Positions 46,341 to 56,404 of a DNA stretch of 64,000 bases are shown one piece after another. The notes below the pieces were generated by a model. It saw only the letters and a program-made list of their open reading frames with translations, was not told the DNA's origin and searched no databases. Both the position numbers and the translations under genes were made by a program. Source of the stretch: Calditrichota bacterium (GTDB lineage: Bacteria > Zhuqueibacterota > Zhuqueibacteria > Thermofontimicrobiales > Thermofontimicrobiaceae); NCBI GenBank assembly GCA_013152715.1, contig JAADFU010000094.1, positions 12,610 to 76,609 on the forward strand. The letters are read 5' to 3'. The stretch's first letter is position 1; every line of letters starts with the position of its first letter.

Positions 46341-48479
46341 TTATTTGTACCGATACGGATCTTCTTTCAAAATTTCGACTAATTCAAAATCAATAATTTT
46401 TTCTTCCGGATTGACGAGCAAAACTTTGACAGTGACCGGATCGCCTAGTTGATAAGTTTTTCCCTGATAGGCGCCGAACAGCAGATAGCGCGCTTCGTCG
46501 AAATTGTAATAGTCGTCGTCAAGCGTCGTGATGTGCACCAATCCTTCGATGAGATAGTCTGAGAGTTCAACAAAAATACCGAATGACGTGACACCGGAAA
46601 TGATGCCCTGGAAGGTCTGTCCCACTTTGTCTTGCATGAATTCAAGCTGTTTCGTTTTGACAGAAGCGCGCTCCACTTCCATGGCGCGAATTTCCATATC
46701 AGTGGCGTGGGAGCAGATTTTTTCCAATTTTTCCGCTGGCAAGGGAATTTTGTTGGCATCCTTGAGATATTGTTTGAGCAGCCTGTGCACCATCAAATCC
46801 GGATAGCGGCGAATGGGAGAGGTGAAATGTGTGTAATATTTCAGCGCCAGACCGAAATGCCCCTCGTTTTTGGTGGTATACTTTGCCTTCATCATGCTGC
46901 GTACCATGATTTCCTCTACCAACAGTTTCCGTTCGTTTCCTTCCAGAGATTGCTGCAAATCTTGAAACATGCGCGGCGTCACCCGAGATGTGGATTTGAA
47001 ATTAATACCCAGCGCTTTGAGAAATCGGCGGAAGTCTTTGAGCTTTTCGCCGCCGGGTTTTTCGTGAACGCGATAGGGGAAAGGCAGGTCAAAACCGGTC
47101 TTTTCCTTCAAAATTTTGTCCACATGTCGGGCGACGATCGAATTTGCCAGTACCATGAATTCCTCGATGAGTCGGTGACTGTCCAATTGATAAACGCGAA
47201 CAATATCCACAGGTTTGCCCTCATCGTCCAATTTGATGCGCACTTCGTGGCTGCCAAAATCGAGGCTGCCGCGCTCCTGGCGTTTCTGAATCAATTTTTT
47301 GCTCAAACGAAACATTTCGAGTATCGTGCCCTGAAATTTGGCGTCAGTGATTTTGCCGTCGATCAAATCCTGAATTTCTTCGTACGTAAATCGGCGGTCG
47401 CTGTCAATGATTGATTGCTGAATGTCATATTTAATCACGCTGCCATCTTTCGCCATCTCGATGAGTACGCTGAAAGTCAACCGATCGACTCCCTGTTTCA
47501 AGGAACAGATTTCATTTGACAGCCGTTCGGGAAACATGGGGATCACGCGATCCACGAGGTAGACAGAAGTAGAGCGATTCCGACTTTCGCGATCCAGCTC
47601 TGTCTCGGGCGCAACGTAATAGCTGACATCGGCGATGTGCACGCCTAACAGATAATGCCCGTTGTCCAGAATTTTGAGAGAAATCGCATCGTCAAAATCT
47701 TTAGAATCAACCGGATCAATGGTGAATGTCAATTCTTTACGCCAGTCCAATCGTCGCTTGATTTCACTCTGGGGAATTTCATCAGGAATGGCTTCGGCTT
47801 CTTTGATTATTTTTTTGGGAAAAATGTCCGGCAAATCAAAAGATCGGGCAATGGAAAGCACATCAATTCCCGGATCGCCGGGGCGGCCTAAAATTTCCAC
47901 GATTTCGCCGGTCGGATTTTGCCTTTCGTCCGTCCATTCCAACAATTGAGCGACAACTTTCTGGCCGTCTTGGGCCCCATTTTGCTTTTCCGGAGCAATA
48001 TAGAGTGTGCGGTGAATTTTCAAATTATCGGGAACGACAGTTCCCCAATACTTTCCTTGTCGAAATGTTCCCACAAAATTGTTATGGGCGCGTTGCAAAA
48101 CTTCCACCACTTTGCCTTCCTGATTTTTCCCGCGCAAGCGGGCGAACAGTAGAGCGCGTACCCGATCGCCGTGAAATGCCATGCCCATATTCTTCTGGCT
48201 GATGAAAATATCCGCTTTGTCGTCGTCTGTAATCAGAAAACCGTAGCCCTGCGTCTTGACGTGTAAAATGCCCTCCACTTCGTAAGAGCGCAGTCCTTGA
48301 CCGATTTTGCCTTTTTTGTGGCGTGTGATAATGCCCTGTTCTGCAAGCTTTTTCAGCTTACGTTTAAAAGCCGGATATTGGCGGTCGTCGATTTTAAGAA
48401 TTTTTCCTAATTGCTTGGGTTTGTAATATCGCTCGGGATATTTTTCAAATAATTGAATGAGTTGGTCTTCGATGCTCAT
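46341..48479 (-). CDS. rnr: Ribonuclease R (3'-5' exoribonuclease, RNB family) with N-terminal HTH and C-terminal S1 domain
   Basis: RNB catalytic region (…FTIDPVDSKDFDDAIS…), cold-shock/OB domains, and a C-terminal S1 (…GIISGVTSFGIFVEL…). Confidence 0.9.
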   Translation of the reverse strand: MSIEDQLIQLFEKYPERYYKPKQLGKILKIDDRQYPAFKRKLKKLAEQGIITRHKKGKIGQGLRSYEVEGILHVKTQGYGFLITDDDKADIFISQKNMGMAFHGDRVRALLFARLRGKNQEGKVVEVLQRAHNNFVGTFRQGKYWGTVVPDNLKIHRTLYIAPEKQNGAQDGQKVVAQLLEWTDERQNPTGEIVEILGRPGDPGIDVLSIARSFDLPDIFPKKIIKEAEAIPDEIPQSEIKRRLDWRKELTFTIDPVDSKDFDDAISLKILDNGHYLLGVHIADVSYYVAPETELDRESRNRSTSVYLVDRVIPMFPERLSNEICSLKQGVDRLTFSVLIEMAKDGSVIKYDIQQSIIDSDRRFTYEEIQDLIDGKITDAKFQGTILEMFRLSKKLIQKRQERGSLDFGSHEVRIKLDDEGKPVDIVRVYQLDSHRLIEEFMVLANSIVARHVDKILKEKTGFDLPFPYRVHEKPGGEKLKDFRRFLKALGINFKSTSRVTPRMFQDLQQSLEGNERKLLVEEIMVRSMMKAKYTTKNEGHFGLALKYYTHFTSPIRRYPDLMVHRLLKQYLKDANKIPLPAEKLEKICSHATDMEIRAMEVERASVKTKQLEFMQDKVGQTFQGIISGVTSFGIFVELSDYLIEGLVHITTLDDDYYNFDEARYLLFGAYQGKTYQLGDPVTVKVLLVNPEEKIIDFELVEILKEDPYRYK

Positions 48480-48811
48480 TGTTTACCTGCTTTCTACTGT
48501 ATGTTTTTATTGACAATTTTTGATTCTATTTTTCGAATTTTGTTTTATTTTTAAAAAATTGTTTTCTCTGATTTACGCCGCCCCAAAATGCGTCCGTTTG
48601 TTGCTACTGTCGTTTTCACAGTACTGTTGCGATCAGGACTTCTTGGTGAAATAGCAGTGAGCTTTATTTTTTTCAGGAGCAATGGGTTCGAACCGATGAG
48701 GTACGAAATATGATTAGCCTTGATTTTGAAAATTAAAAAGGAAATTTCCATACCGAAGAAATAGCTTGTTTAGATAAAAGCGGGTTTCGTATTTTTTTCA
48801 ATAGACACCAC

Positions 48812-48852
48812 AAAAAAGAAAACGGAACCCCTGAAAAGAAGTTCCGTTTTAT
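48812..48852 (-). terminator. Bidirectional intrinsic terminator downstream of hup (AAACGGAAC…GTTCCGTTT flanked by A-run and T-run)
   Basis: 9-bp perfect stem with poly-A on the left and poly-T on the right, read from the sequence. Confidence 0.5.
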
Positions 48853-48873
48853 AAGAAGTTCTTTCTGAGAAAA

Positions 48874-49149
48874 TTATTTGAGAGCGTCTTTCAAAGCTTT
48901 GCTCGCCGAGAATTTCGGTCTTCTTCCGGCCGGAATCTGAATTTTTGCGCCGGTTTGCGGATTGACGCCGGTTCTGGCTGCGGTATTCATTACTTTGAAT
49001 GTACCGAAACCTTGAAAAGTGAAAGAGTCGCCTTTTTTGAGGCAATCGGTTAAAGCGCCAAAGACAGCATCGACGGCAGCAGCAGCCACTTTTTTAGAGG
49101 GCATTCCTTCTACCGCAGCGATTTTATCGATAATTTCGGCTTTTGTCAT
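48874..49149 (-). CDS. hup: Histone-like DNA-binding protein HU
   Basis: MTKAEIIDKIA…GFGTFKV…RTGVNPQTGAKIQIPAGRRPKFSASKALKDAL, canonical HU. The ORF track adds 6 codons upstream. Confidence 0.9.
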   Translation of the reverse strand: MTKAEIIDKIAAVEGMPSKKVAAAAVDAVFGALTDCLKKGDSFTFQGFGTFKVMNTAARTGVNPQTGAKIQIPAGRRPKFSASKALKDALK

Positions 49150-50101
49150 ATTTTGTTTCCTCCTCAAGCTTGTTTAAAGTTAAATTGATGACATTGTGGC
49201 TAAAAGTAATAATAAAATTTGAAAATGTCAATGAAAAAATTAAAAAAGGCAAAAAACTCGAAAAAAATTTGGATTGGCGAAAAATGAAGAAACGACGATT
49301 ATTGCCCTTCCGTTCGCTAATCACGCAGGAATAATACGATGAGCAATGGCCCGGAGAATTTGGGAAAGGACGATTTGTATTTTCTCTCATTTTTTTCTCG
49401 ATGATTTCGGAAGTTCCTACGAGATGAAAAATATCAAATTCGCTCTTAAAATACGTCAGCATCGAGGTGTCGCGGCAAGAAAAGGCACAGCAATTATTGG
49501 CGATCCGGCCGTTTTTTGGGAGGATGCTACTATCGCGAGCTCTGTCATTTGGCGATTATTTTTCATCCTGTAGAATTTTCATCGAAGTCGAAGTTCATCT
49601 CAAATAGTCATAAAAGGCCATATTTTGGTTTTCCCGGCAAACAAGAGAATGATTTTTGCTACATATTTCCGCTAAATTGCGCTAAGTAATGTATTATTAG
49701 AAGAATGCTTTGCTGGCGATCATTTTGGCAACCAGATTTGCATTTCAAAAGATTGTTTCTGAAAACTATTGTTTTCCGATGGGGAAGGTTCAATTGAAAT
49801 TGGAAGTGAGGGGGTAATTACAATATAATCGGAGAAAATAGGCTGAAAATGGTTGAAAGCGGACAATTATAATGGATATTGACATAATTTATCGGCTAAT
49901 TGCTTAGTGAAAAAGAAATCGACTTTTCTTGAATACGCAAGATTACCATTTTTTCATGTTGACGTTTTATCTCTAATTTTGAACAATATTTGCTCAGTTA
50001 AGCGATTCAGTCGGGAAATTTTTACGCTTTTTGAATATCAGTGCATGACATTTTTGCAATCGCAATTGTGAATTACAGGATAGCTCTGTCAATCTGCAAC
50101 T

Positions 50102-50989
50102 TTGAATTCAGACATGCGGCGCGTGCTTGAGGAGGCAACTGATTTGAAAGTGACATTTTGGGGTACCCGGGGGTCCATTCCGTCGCCCGGTCAAGAAACC
50201 ATCCACTATGGCGGCAACACTACATGTTTGGAAATTGAATTGAGCGACGGCACATTGCTGGTTTTTGACGCCGGCACCGGGATAAAAAAATTGGGACAAC
50301 ATATCGTCTCAAATTCGCGAGTCGGGAAGATCAATATTTTTTTCACGCATTCTCATTGGGATCATATTCAAGGTTTTCCTTTGTTTGCTCCGGCGTATTC
50401 GGATAAATACGAGATTGAAATTTACAGTTGCCCACCGGTCTTTCGCAATGTCCAGGAAATTTTAACCAGCCAAATGGATGCGCGATATTTTCCGGTTCGC
50501 TTTAGCAATTTGAAAGCCAAAATTTTATTTCATCAGATAGAAGAGCCAAAGTTTAACCTGGGCGCGGCGGTCATCGAGTGCATAAAAAATAATCACCCCG
50601 GCGGAGCCAATGGTTTCAAAGTAACGGATCACAACAAAATTTTGGTTTTCATTACTGACAACGAATTACACGCGCCTGGGAATTCCAGTTCCACCTGGGA
50701 ACAATTTGTCGATTTCTGTCGCGGCGCGGACCTGCTAATTCATGATTCGCATTATTTATCCGATGAATTGAGAAATGCCATCGGCTGGGGACATTCTTCT
50801 TACGAGCAGGCGTTTCAATTGGGAATCGCGGCGGGAGCAAAAGAATTACTTTTTTTTCACCATGATCCGGACCGCACTGATGGTCAGATCGATGAAATCG
50901 TCAGGGGTTTTCGCGAAAGAATAAAGAAAATGGGCCAAAAAATGAAACTTGACGCTGCAACTGAGGGTACAAAATATAGGTTAACTTAA
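50102..50989 (+). CDS. MBL-fold metallo-hydrolase
   Basis: HSHWDHIQG (HxHxDH) motif. A downstream His/Asp ligand (…IHDSHY…HHD…). The start may be at TTG about 50143, after GAGGAGG. Confidence 0.75.
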   Translation: MNSDMRRVLEEATDLKVTFWGTRGSIPSPGQETIHYGGNTTCLEIELSDGTLLVFDAGTGIKKLGQHIVSNSRVGKINIFFTHSHWDHIQGFPLFAPAYSDKYEIEIYSCPPVFRNVQEILTSQMDARYFPVRFSNLKAKILFHQIEEPKFNLGAAVIECIKNNHPGGANGFKVTDHNKILVFITDNELHAPGNSSSTWEQFVDFCRGADLLIHDSHYLSDELRNAIGWGHSSYEQAFQLGIAAGAKELLFFHHDPDRTDGQIDEIVRGFRERIKKMGQKMKLDAATEGTKYRLT

Positions 50990-51022
50990 GAGAGCACTCA
51001 TTTAGCCAGTAGGAGGTACTGA

Positions 51023-51511
51023 ATGAGTGAAATTGCTGAGAAACAACGAATAGTGAGCATGTTGCTCCAATCAACGCTGCGTTGCGCTGAATTTTATGAG
51101 GTATTAAGCGCCCACAGCAGGCATGAACAACTGAAGAAAGTTTTTACGGGTTTGAGCAAGGATGGCAGACAGTTGGGCCGGCGTCTCGAATCCTGGAGTG
51201 AATTGAGCGCGCACATTCATCCCCGCCAATACTTCGATTTCGATCGCTCCCGATTTTACTTTGAATCTCTGAGTCGGAAATCTTTACAAGCAAATACGGA
51301 AACCCGGGCAGAGGTTTTGCCGGAGTTAGCTGATACCATCTGCGCTATCCAGATCGCGATTAGTTTTGAAAAAGATGGCATTTTGTTTTGGGAAGAAATG
51401 AAATCCGTTTGTGAAGGAAGGTTGTCCGATTTTGTCAAAGAACTGATCTCCCTCAAGAAGCAACGATTATCTATGTTACTAAACATGAAAGGAAAATTAG
51501 CCTCGGGATAA
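51023..51511 (+). CDS. Hypothetical all-helical protein
   Basis: ORF with a reasonable RBS (GGAGG) and no recognisable motifs; sits immediately upstream of the sigma factor gene. Confidence 0.3.
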   Translation: MSEIAEKQRIVSMLLQSTLRCAEFYEVLSAHSRHEQLKKVFTGLSKDGRQLGRRLESWSELSAHIHPRQYFDFDRSRFYFESLSRKSLQANTETRAEVLPELADTICAIQIAISFEKDGILFWEEMKSVCEGRLSDFVKELISLKKQRLSMLLNMKGKLASG

Positions 51512-51612
51512 AAATTTGCTTTTTTTGACGCGAATCACATTATTTTTTTATGAATTTGCTTATCTTTTATTTGTAATGTTAATAATGCTAATCTTCCAAC
51601 CAAAGAAGGCGG

Positions 51613-52476
51613 GTGATTTCTATGAAGAGAAAAAAGCAGGTAAGCCAGCCCCATGAGGTGCTTTCCAATTATCTCCATGATATCGACCAAATTCCGATGT
51701 TGTCGGAAAAGGAGGAAATCAAACTCGCCGAACGTATCAAAAAAGGCGACCAGCACGCGCTGGACAAATTAGTTAATGCTAATCTCAAATTTGTCGTTTT
51801 TGTTGCCAAAGATTACAAGAATCGCGGTTTGCCATTTGACGAGTTGATTTGCGAAGGCAACGTCGGGTTGATGGAAGCGGCGAAAAGATACGACAGCAAG
51901 CGCGGCGTGAAATTTATCAGTTACGCGGTGTGGTGGATTCGGCAGTCCATTTTGCGCGCTCTTGCCAACAACTCCCGTATCGTCAGACTGCCGGTGAATC
52001 ATGTCTGGGCATTGCAGAAAATGGTTAACACCGTGGAAACATTGGAACAAACTTTAGGGCGTTCGCCAGAATTGGAAGAGGTCGCCCATGCAATGGAAAT
52101 TTCTCCGCAGAAACTCTCTAAAAGTTTGAAATACTGGGGCCGAGAAATGTCGCTGGAAGATTCAACATATCCCGGAGAAGAAAGCCTGTCTCTGCTGGAA
52201 AAGATTAGCAGCGATGAGTTCGTTGAGCCCTCGCGAAATCTGCTCGACGAATCGCTAAAACTGGACGTCAAAATGACGCTGGACACGCTGACGGACATCG
52301 AAGCGAGTATTATTCGTTTTTACTACGGTATCGGGACAGAGAGGCCTCTCACATTGCTGGAAATCGGAAAGAAATTAAATCTTAGTCGCGAGCGGATTCG
52401 GCAGATTCGCGATCGAGCGATTCGAAAACTGCGCTACTTACATCGACGGGAACGGTTGCAGGGATATCTTGGTTAA
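51613..52476 (+). CDS. Sigma-70 family RNA polymerase sigma factor, short primary-like form (regions 1.2-4, no region 1.1)
   Basis: Region 2 (…FISYAVWWIRQSILRAL…), region 3, and region 4 HTH (…LTLLEIGKKLNLSRERIRQIRDRAIRKLR). Confidence 0.8.
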   Translation: MISMKRKKQVSQPHEVLSNYLHDIDQIPMLSEKEEIKLAERIKKGDQHALDKLVNANLKFVVFVAKDYKNRGLPFDELICEGNVGLMEAAKRYDSKRGVKFISYAVWWIRQSILRALANNSRIVRLPVNHVWALQKMVNTVETLEQTLGRSPELEEVAHAMEISPQKLSKSLKYWGREMSLEDSTYPGEESLSLLEKISSDEFVEPSRNLLDESLKLDVKMTLDTLTDIEASIIRFYYGIGTERPLTLLEIGKKLNLSRERIRQIRDRAIRKLRYLHRRERLQGYLG

Positions 52477-52641
52477 GGCAAGCGTTTCGGTTGCTTTGTT
52501 TGTGTATTTAAATTTCCTGGGGAAAAAGCCACTAGCGAATTTCAAATTTCGATGGTGGCTTTTTTGTTTTTGAAAGAAAATCTTGCAGTTTTTTCCGAAT
52601 TAATTCTTTGAAATTTCAAAAAAATGTATTAAATTCAATAC

Positions 52642-53535
52642 TTGAAATCAAACAAAATCAGGAGCCTGAATTTTCAATTGAATAAAGACGAGAATATTTT
52701 ACTCGGCGCTCACGTTTCCGTCGCCGCCGGCGTGCATTTGGCGCCGCAGAGAGGCCAGGAGATCGGCTGTACTGCAATTCAAATTTTCACCAGAAATCAG
52801 CGCCAGTGGACATCACCGCCGCTTTCCGATGACGAGGTCGGGCAGTATTTCGAATCACTGAAAAATACCGACATTCGCAGCGTTGTGGCGCACAGCAGTT
52901 ATTTAATTAATCTGGCTTCGCCCGACAAAAATCAATTGCAAAAATCGAGGGAATCTTTTATTTTAGAGCTCGACCGCGCCGAGCGACTGAAATTGGACGG
53001 CTACATTTTTCATCCGGGCGCTCATAAAGGCGCAGGGGAAAAATCCGGCATGAAGCGCGTGACCGAGCAGTTGAATCTCATTCTGGCGGAGAGACCAGAT
53101 CACAAAACAAAAATTTTGTTGGAAACGACCGCCGGTCAGGGCACTTCGCTGGGGCACAGTTTCGAGCAATTGGCTGAAATGATCAGCGGAACCACGCAGC
53201 CGGAGCGGCTCGGCGTTTGTCTGGATACGTGCCACATTTTTGCGGCTGGCTATGATTTTCGCAGGCGGGAGCAGTACGAGAAAATGATGGCTGATTTTGA
53301 TCGCATCATCGGACTGAACAAACTTGCGGCAATTCATGTCAACGATTCAAAAACTGGATTCGGCTCGCACGTGGATCGGCACGAACTCATCGGAAAAGGA
53401 GAAATCGGACTGCAAGCCTTCGCTTTTATCATGAACGATCAGCGTCTGGGGCAGGTGCCGAAGATTATTGAATTGCCCGGCGGGCCTAATAGCGACAGAG
53501 AAAATTTGCGAATTTTAAAAGGTTTAAGGAAATAG
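52642..53535 (+). CDS. nfo: Endonuclease IV (apurinic/apyrimidinic endonuclease, xylose isomerase-like TIM barrel)
   Basis: …ILLETTAGQGTSLG… and …GVCLDTCHIFAAGYD… Nfo signature regions. Confidence 0.85.
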   Translation: MKSNKIRSLNFQLNKDENILLGAHVSVAAGVHLAPQRGQEIGCTAIQIFTRNQRQWTSPPLSDDEVGQYFESLKNTDIRSVVAHSSYLINLASPDKNQLQKSRESFILELDRAERLKLDGYIFHPGAHKGAGEKSGMKRVTEQLNLILAERPDHKTKILLETTAGQGTSLGHSFEQLAEMISGTTQPERLGVCLDTCHIFAAGYDFRRREQYEKMMADFDRIIGLNKLAAIHVNDSKTGFGSHVDRHELIGKGEIGLQAFAFIMNDQRLGQVPKIIELPGGPNSDRENLRILKGLRK

Positions 53536-53603
53536 TCAGCTAATCTGCTGAAAGATGATTTTATTGATGTATTTTGTAAAAAAATAAACAAAAGGGGTGA
53601 TTT

Positions 53604-55001
53604 GTGGAGAAAATGGCTTTCGATTTGGTTGTTGTTGGCGCCGGCCCTGGCGGCTATGTGGCCGCGATTCGTGCGTCGCAATTAGGGATGAAAGTTGCGG
53701 TTGTGGAAAAGGAACACTTAGGCGGCATCTGCCTGAATTGGGGATGCATTCCGACAAAGGCGTTGCTGAAGAGTGCAGAATTGTACTCGTCGATGAAATC
53801 AGCTAACAAATTTGGTTTGAAGGCGGAAAATATCGATTTTGATTTTTCGGCGATCATTAGGCGTAGCCGGCAGATTGCTTCGCGCATGTCGAAAGGAGTG
53901 GCTTTTTTATTCAAAAAAAATAACATTATGACGTTTGTCGGCAGCGCGAAATTGATTGACGCAAAGACAGTTGCTGTCGTGAAAGACGATGAACAAATCG
54001 CGGAATTGACAGGAGCGAAAGTTTTAATTGCCACTGGCGCCAGACCGCGGTCCATTCCGGGCATTGAAATCGATCACCAGAAAATCATCACCAGCCGCGA
54101 AGCCATGTCGCTGGAAAATCTGCCGGCGTCGCTCATCGTCATCGGCGCCGGCGCCATCGGCGTGGAGTTCGCGTATTTTTACCAGACGCTGGGTTGTCAG
54201 GTGGCATTAGTGGAGATGCTGCCGCATCTTCTGCCGGTGGAAGACGAGGAAATCTCTCAGCAGTTGGAACGTTCTTTCAAAAAACAGAAGGTGAAAATTT
54301 TCACGGAATCCCTGGTGAAAAATGTCAAAGTGGGTGCTGACGACGTGGTTGTTTCCATTGAGAAAAACGGAGAAATTGTGGAATTGCGGGCGGAGATGGC
54401 GCTGATGGCAATCGGCGTGCAGGGAAATGTTGAAAATATTGGGCTCGAAGATGTGGGCGTGAAAACGGAACGCAGTTTTATCCCGGTGGATGAATTTTAC
54501 CGCACGAATGTGGAGTCGATTTACGCCATCGGCGACGTGGTGGGGCCGCCGTGGCTGGCGCACGTGGCTTCAGCCGAAGGCATCCGCGCCGTTGAAAAAA
54601 TGGCGGGAAAAGATGTCGCTGCGGTGAATTACGACGCGATTCCCGGTTGTACTTATTGCCAGCCACAGATCGCCAGCATCGGTTTGACCGAAAAAGCAGC
54701 AGCGGAAAAAGGTTTTGCGGTGAAAATCGGGCGTTTCCCGTTCGTGGCAAATGGCAGGTCGCTGGCAGCCGGCGAGAGCGAGGGAATGGTCAAATTGATT
54801 TACGATAAAAAGACAGAAAAGTTATTGGGCGCGCACGTCATTCACGCCGAAGCCACGGAACTCATCGGCGAATTATCCGTTATAAAATCTCTCGGCGTTG
54901 CGGGACACGATTTGATTAACACGGTTCACGCGCATCCGACGCTTTCGGAGTCCATCATGGAAGCGGCTGCTGCGGCGTTCGGCGAGGCAATTCACGTTTA
55001 A
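53604..55001 (+). CDS. lpdA: Dihydrolipoyl dehydrogenase (E3)
   Basis: FAD motif LVVVGAGPGGY, redox-active disulfide GGICLNWGCIPTK, C-terminal HAHPTLSE interface motif. GTG start. Confidence 0.9.
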   Translation: MEKMAFDLVVVGAGPGGYVAAIRASQLGMKVAVVEKEHLGGICLNWGCIPTKALLKSAELYSSMKSANKFGLKAENIDFDFSAIIRRSRQIASRMSKGVAFLFKKNNIMTFVGSAKLIDAKTVAVVKDDEQIAELTGAKVLIATGARPRSIPGIEIDHQKIITSREAMSLENLPASLIVIGAGAIGVEFAYFYQTLGCQVALVEMLPHLLPVEDEEISQQLERSFKKQKVKIFTESLVKNVKVGADDVVVSIEKNGEIVELRAEMALMAIGVQGNVENIGLEDVGVKTERSFIPVDEFYRTNVESIYAIGDVVGPPWLAHVASAEGIRAVEKMAGKDVAAVNYDAIPGCTYCQPQIASIGLTEKAAAEKGFAVKIGRFPFVANGRSLAAGESEGMVKLIYDKKTEKLLGAHVIHAEATELIGELSVIKSLGVAGHDLINTVHAHPTLSESIMEAAAAAFGEAIHV

Positions 55002-55003
55002 TT

Positions 55004-55921
55004 TTGTCGGAAAATTTCAGAAAGGATTTCATGCGAATTCGCGAGAAAAGACATCCGCGGTGGATGAAGGTTCCGCTTCCGGCCGGAAGATCATTTCAGA
55101 ATGTGCGAAAATTGGTTCAGAGCAATCATTTGCACACAGTCTGCCAGAGCGCGCACTGTCCGAATATCGGTGAGTGCTGGGGCAACGGCACCGCGACTTT
55201 CATGATTTTGGGTGACCGCTGTACGCGAAACTGCCGCTTTTGTAATATTCAATCCGGAGCGCCGGCGCCGGTCGACCCGGACGAGCCGAAACGCGTCGCT
55301 GCGGCAGTGAAAACACTCAACTTGAATTACGCGGTAATCACCTCTGTGACGCGCGACGATTTGCCCGACGGCGGCGCTGCACATTTTGCTGAAACGATTC
55401 GGGAAATCAAAAAATTGTCGCCGGATTGCCGGGTAGAAGTTTTGATTCCGGATTTGCAAGGCAAAATTGAAGCTCTGAATATCGTCTTCGACGCCGCGCC
55501 TGATGTTTTGAATCATAATTTGGAAACCGTGCCCTCGCTTTACCGCCAGGTCCGGCCCGGCGCAGATTTTCAGCGTTCATTGACTGTGCTGAAACTTGCC
55601 AAAGAAAACGGGCTGCTTACAAAATCCGGGCTCATGGTCGGACTGGGCGAAGAATTGCGCGAAGTTTTGGGAGCGATGTCGCAATTGCGTCGGGTGGGTT
55701 GCGATTTTTTGACTATTGGTCAATATCTCCAACCTTCTGCCGAACATTTGCCCATTGCGCGCTATGTAACACCGGCTGAGTTCGCCAATTTGGAAAAGCA
55801 GGGAGAGGAAATGGGCTTCGTCCGCGTCGAAGCGGGCCCTCTGGTGCGCAGTTCTTATCACGCGGCTTTGGGATTTCAATTGTCAGAATCGGCTGAAATG
55901 AGTTATCCGTCTCCCAGTTGA
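55004..55921 (+). CDS. lipA: Lipoyl synthase (radical SAM)
   Basis: N-terminal auxiliary-cluster Cys (C…C…C), radical SAM CTRNCRFC, and the C-terminal RSSY motif. Confidence 0.9.
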   Translation: MSENFRKDFMRIREKRHPRWMKVPLPAGRSFQNVRKLVQSNHLHTVCQSAHCPNIGECWGNGTATFMILGDRCTRNCRFCNIQSGAPAPVDPDEPKRVAAAVKTLNLNYAVITSVTRDDLPDGGAAHFAETIREIKKLSPDCRVEVLIPDLQGKIEALNIVFDAAPDVLNHNLETVPSLYRQVRPGADFQRSLTVLKLAKENGLLTKSGLMVGLGEELREVLGAMSQLRRVGCDFLTIGQYLQPSAEHLPIARYVTPAEFANLEKQGEEMGFVRVEAGPLVRSSYHAALGFQLSESAEMSYPSPS

Positions 55922-56073
55922 AGAGCTGTTAAAGGGGGCATTTCAAAAAAAATTTACTAAAAAATTTCATGTAATTTCACTTGATTTTTTTGTGAATATT
56001 TTGTATAATTGCCACTTCAATTTTATTTTGAAAAATGCCAACACGTTGGATGACAAAATCATGGAGGAAAGAA

Positions 56074-56301
56074 GTGGCTCATGTAATCGTTGACCTGTGT
56101 ACGATGTGCGGAAGTTGCGCGGAAATATGTCCGACCGAATGCATCAGCGAAGGCGAGGATCAGTATTACATTAATCCGGAAGAATGTATCGATTGCGGAA
56201 CCTGCGTCGACGCGTGTCCAACGGACGCAATTTATGCGGAAGAAGAACTGGCGCCGGATCAAAAGGAATTTATTGAAAAAAATGCAGATTTTTTTAGTTA
56301 A
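56074..56301 (+). CDS. 2x[4Fe-4S] ferredoxin
   Basis: [12 protein letters not shown] and [12 protein letters not shown] motifs. A GTG start after GGAGGA gives the typical MAHVIVD N-terminus; the ORF track starts at 56035. Confidence 0.8.
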   Translation: MAHVIVDLCTMCGSCAEICPTECISEGEDQYYINPEECIDCGTCVDACPTDAIYAEEELAPDQKEFIEKNADFFS

Positions 56302-56404
56302 CCAACTCATTGAAATTTAAAAAGTTGCGGTAGGAGCTCTCCCGAGGCTCCTATCATCGTTTTTGGAATGGCGTTTTTTTGCCAATTTTTAGGAGACCAA
56401 GCCA

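Noticed and set aside
48640-48740. GGGTTCGAACCGATGAGG, resembling a tRNA T-arm (GGTTCGAA), in the rnr-hup intergenic region
   Set aside because: The flanks cannot form a 5-bp T-stem, and no acceptor or anticodon arms were found on either strand. The motif is simply a short palindrome.
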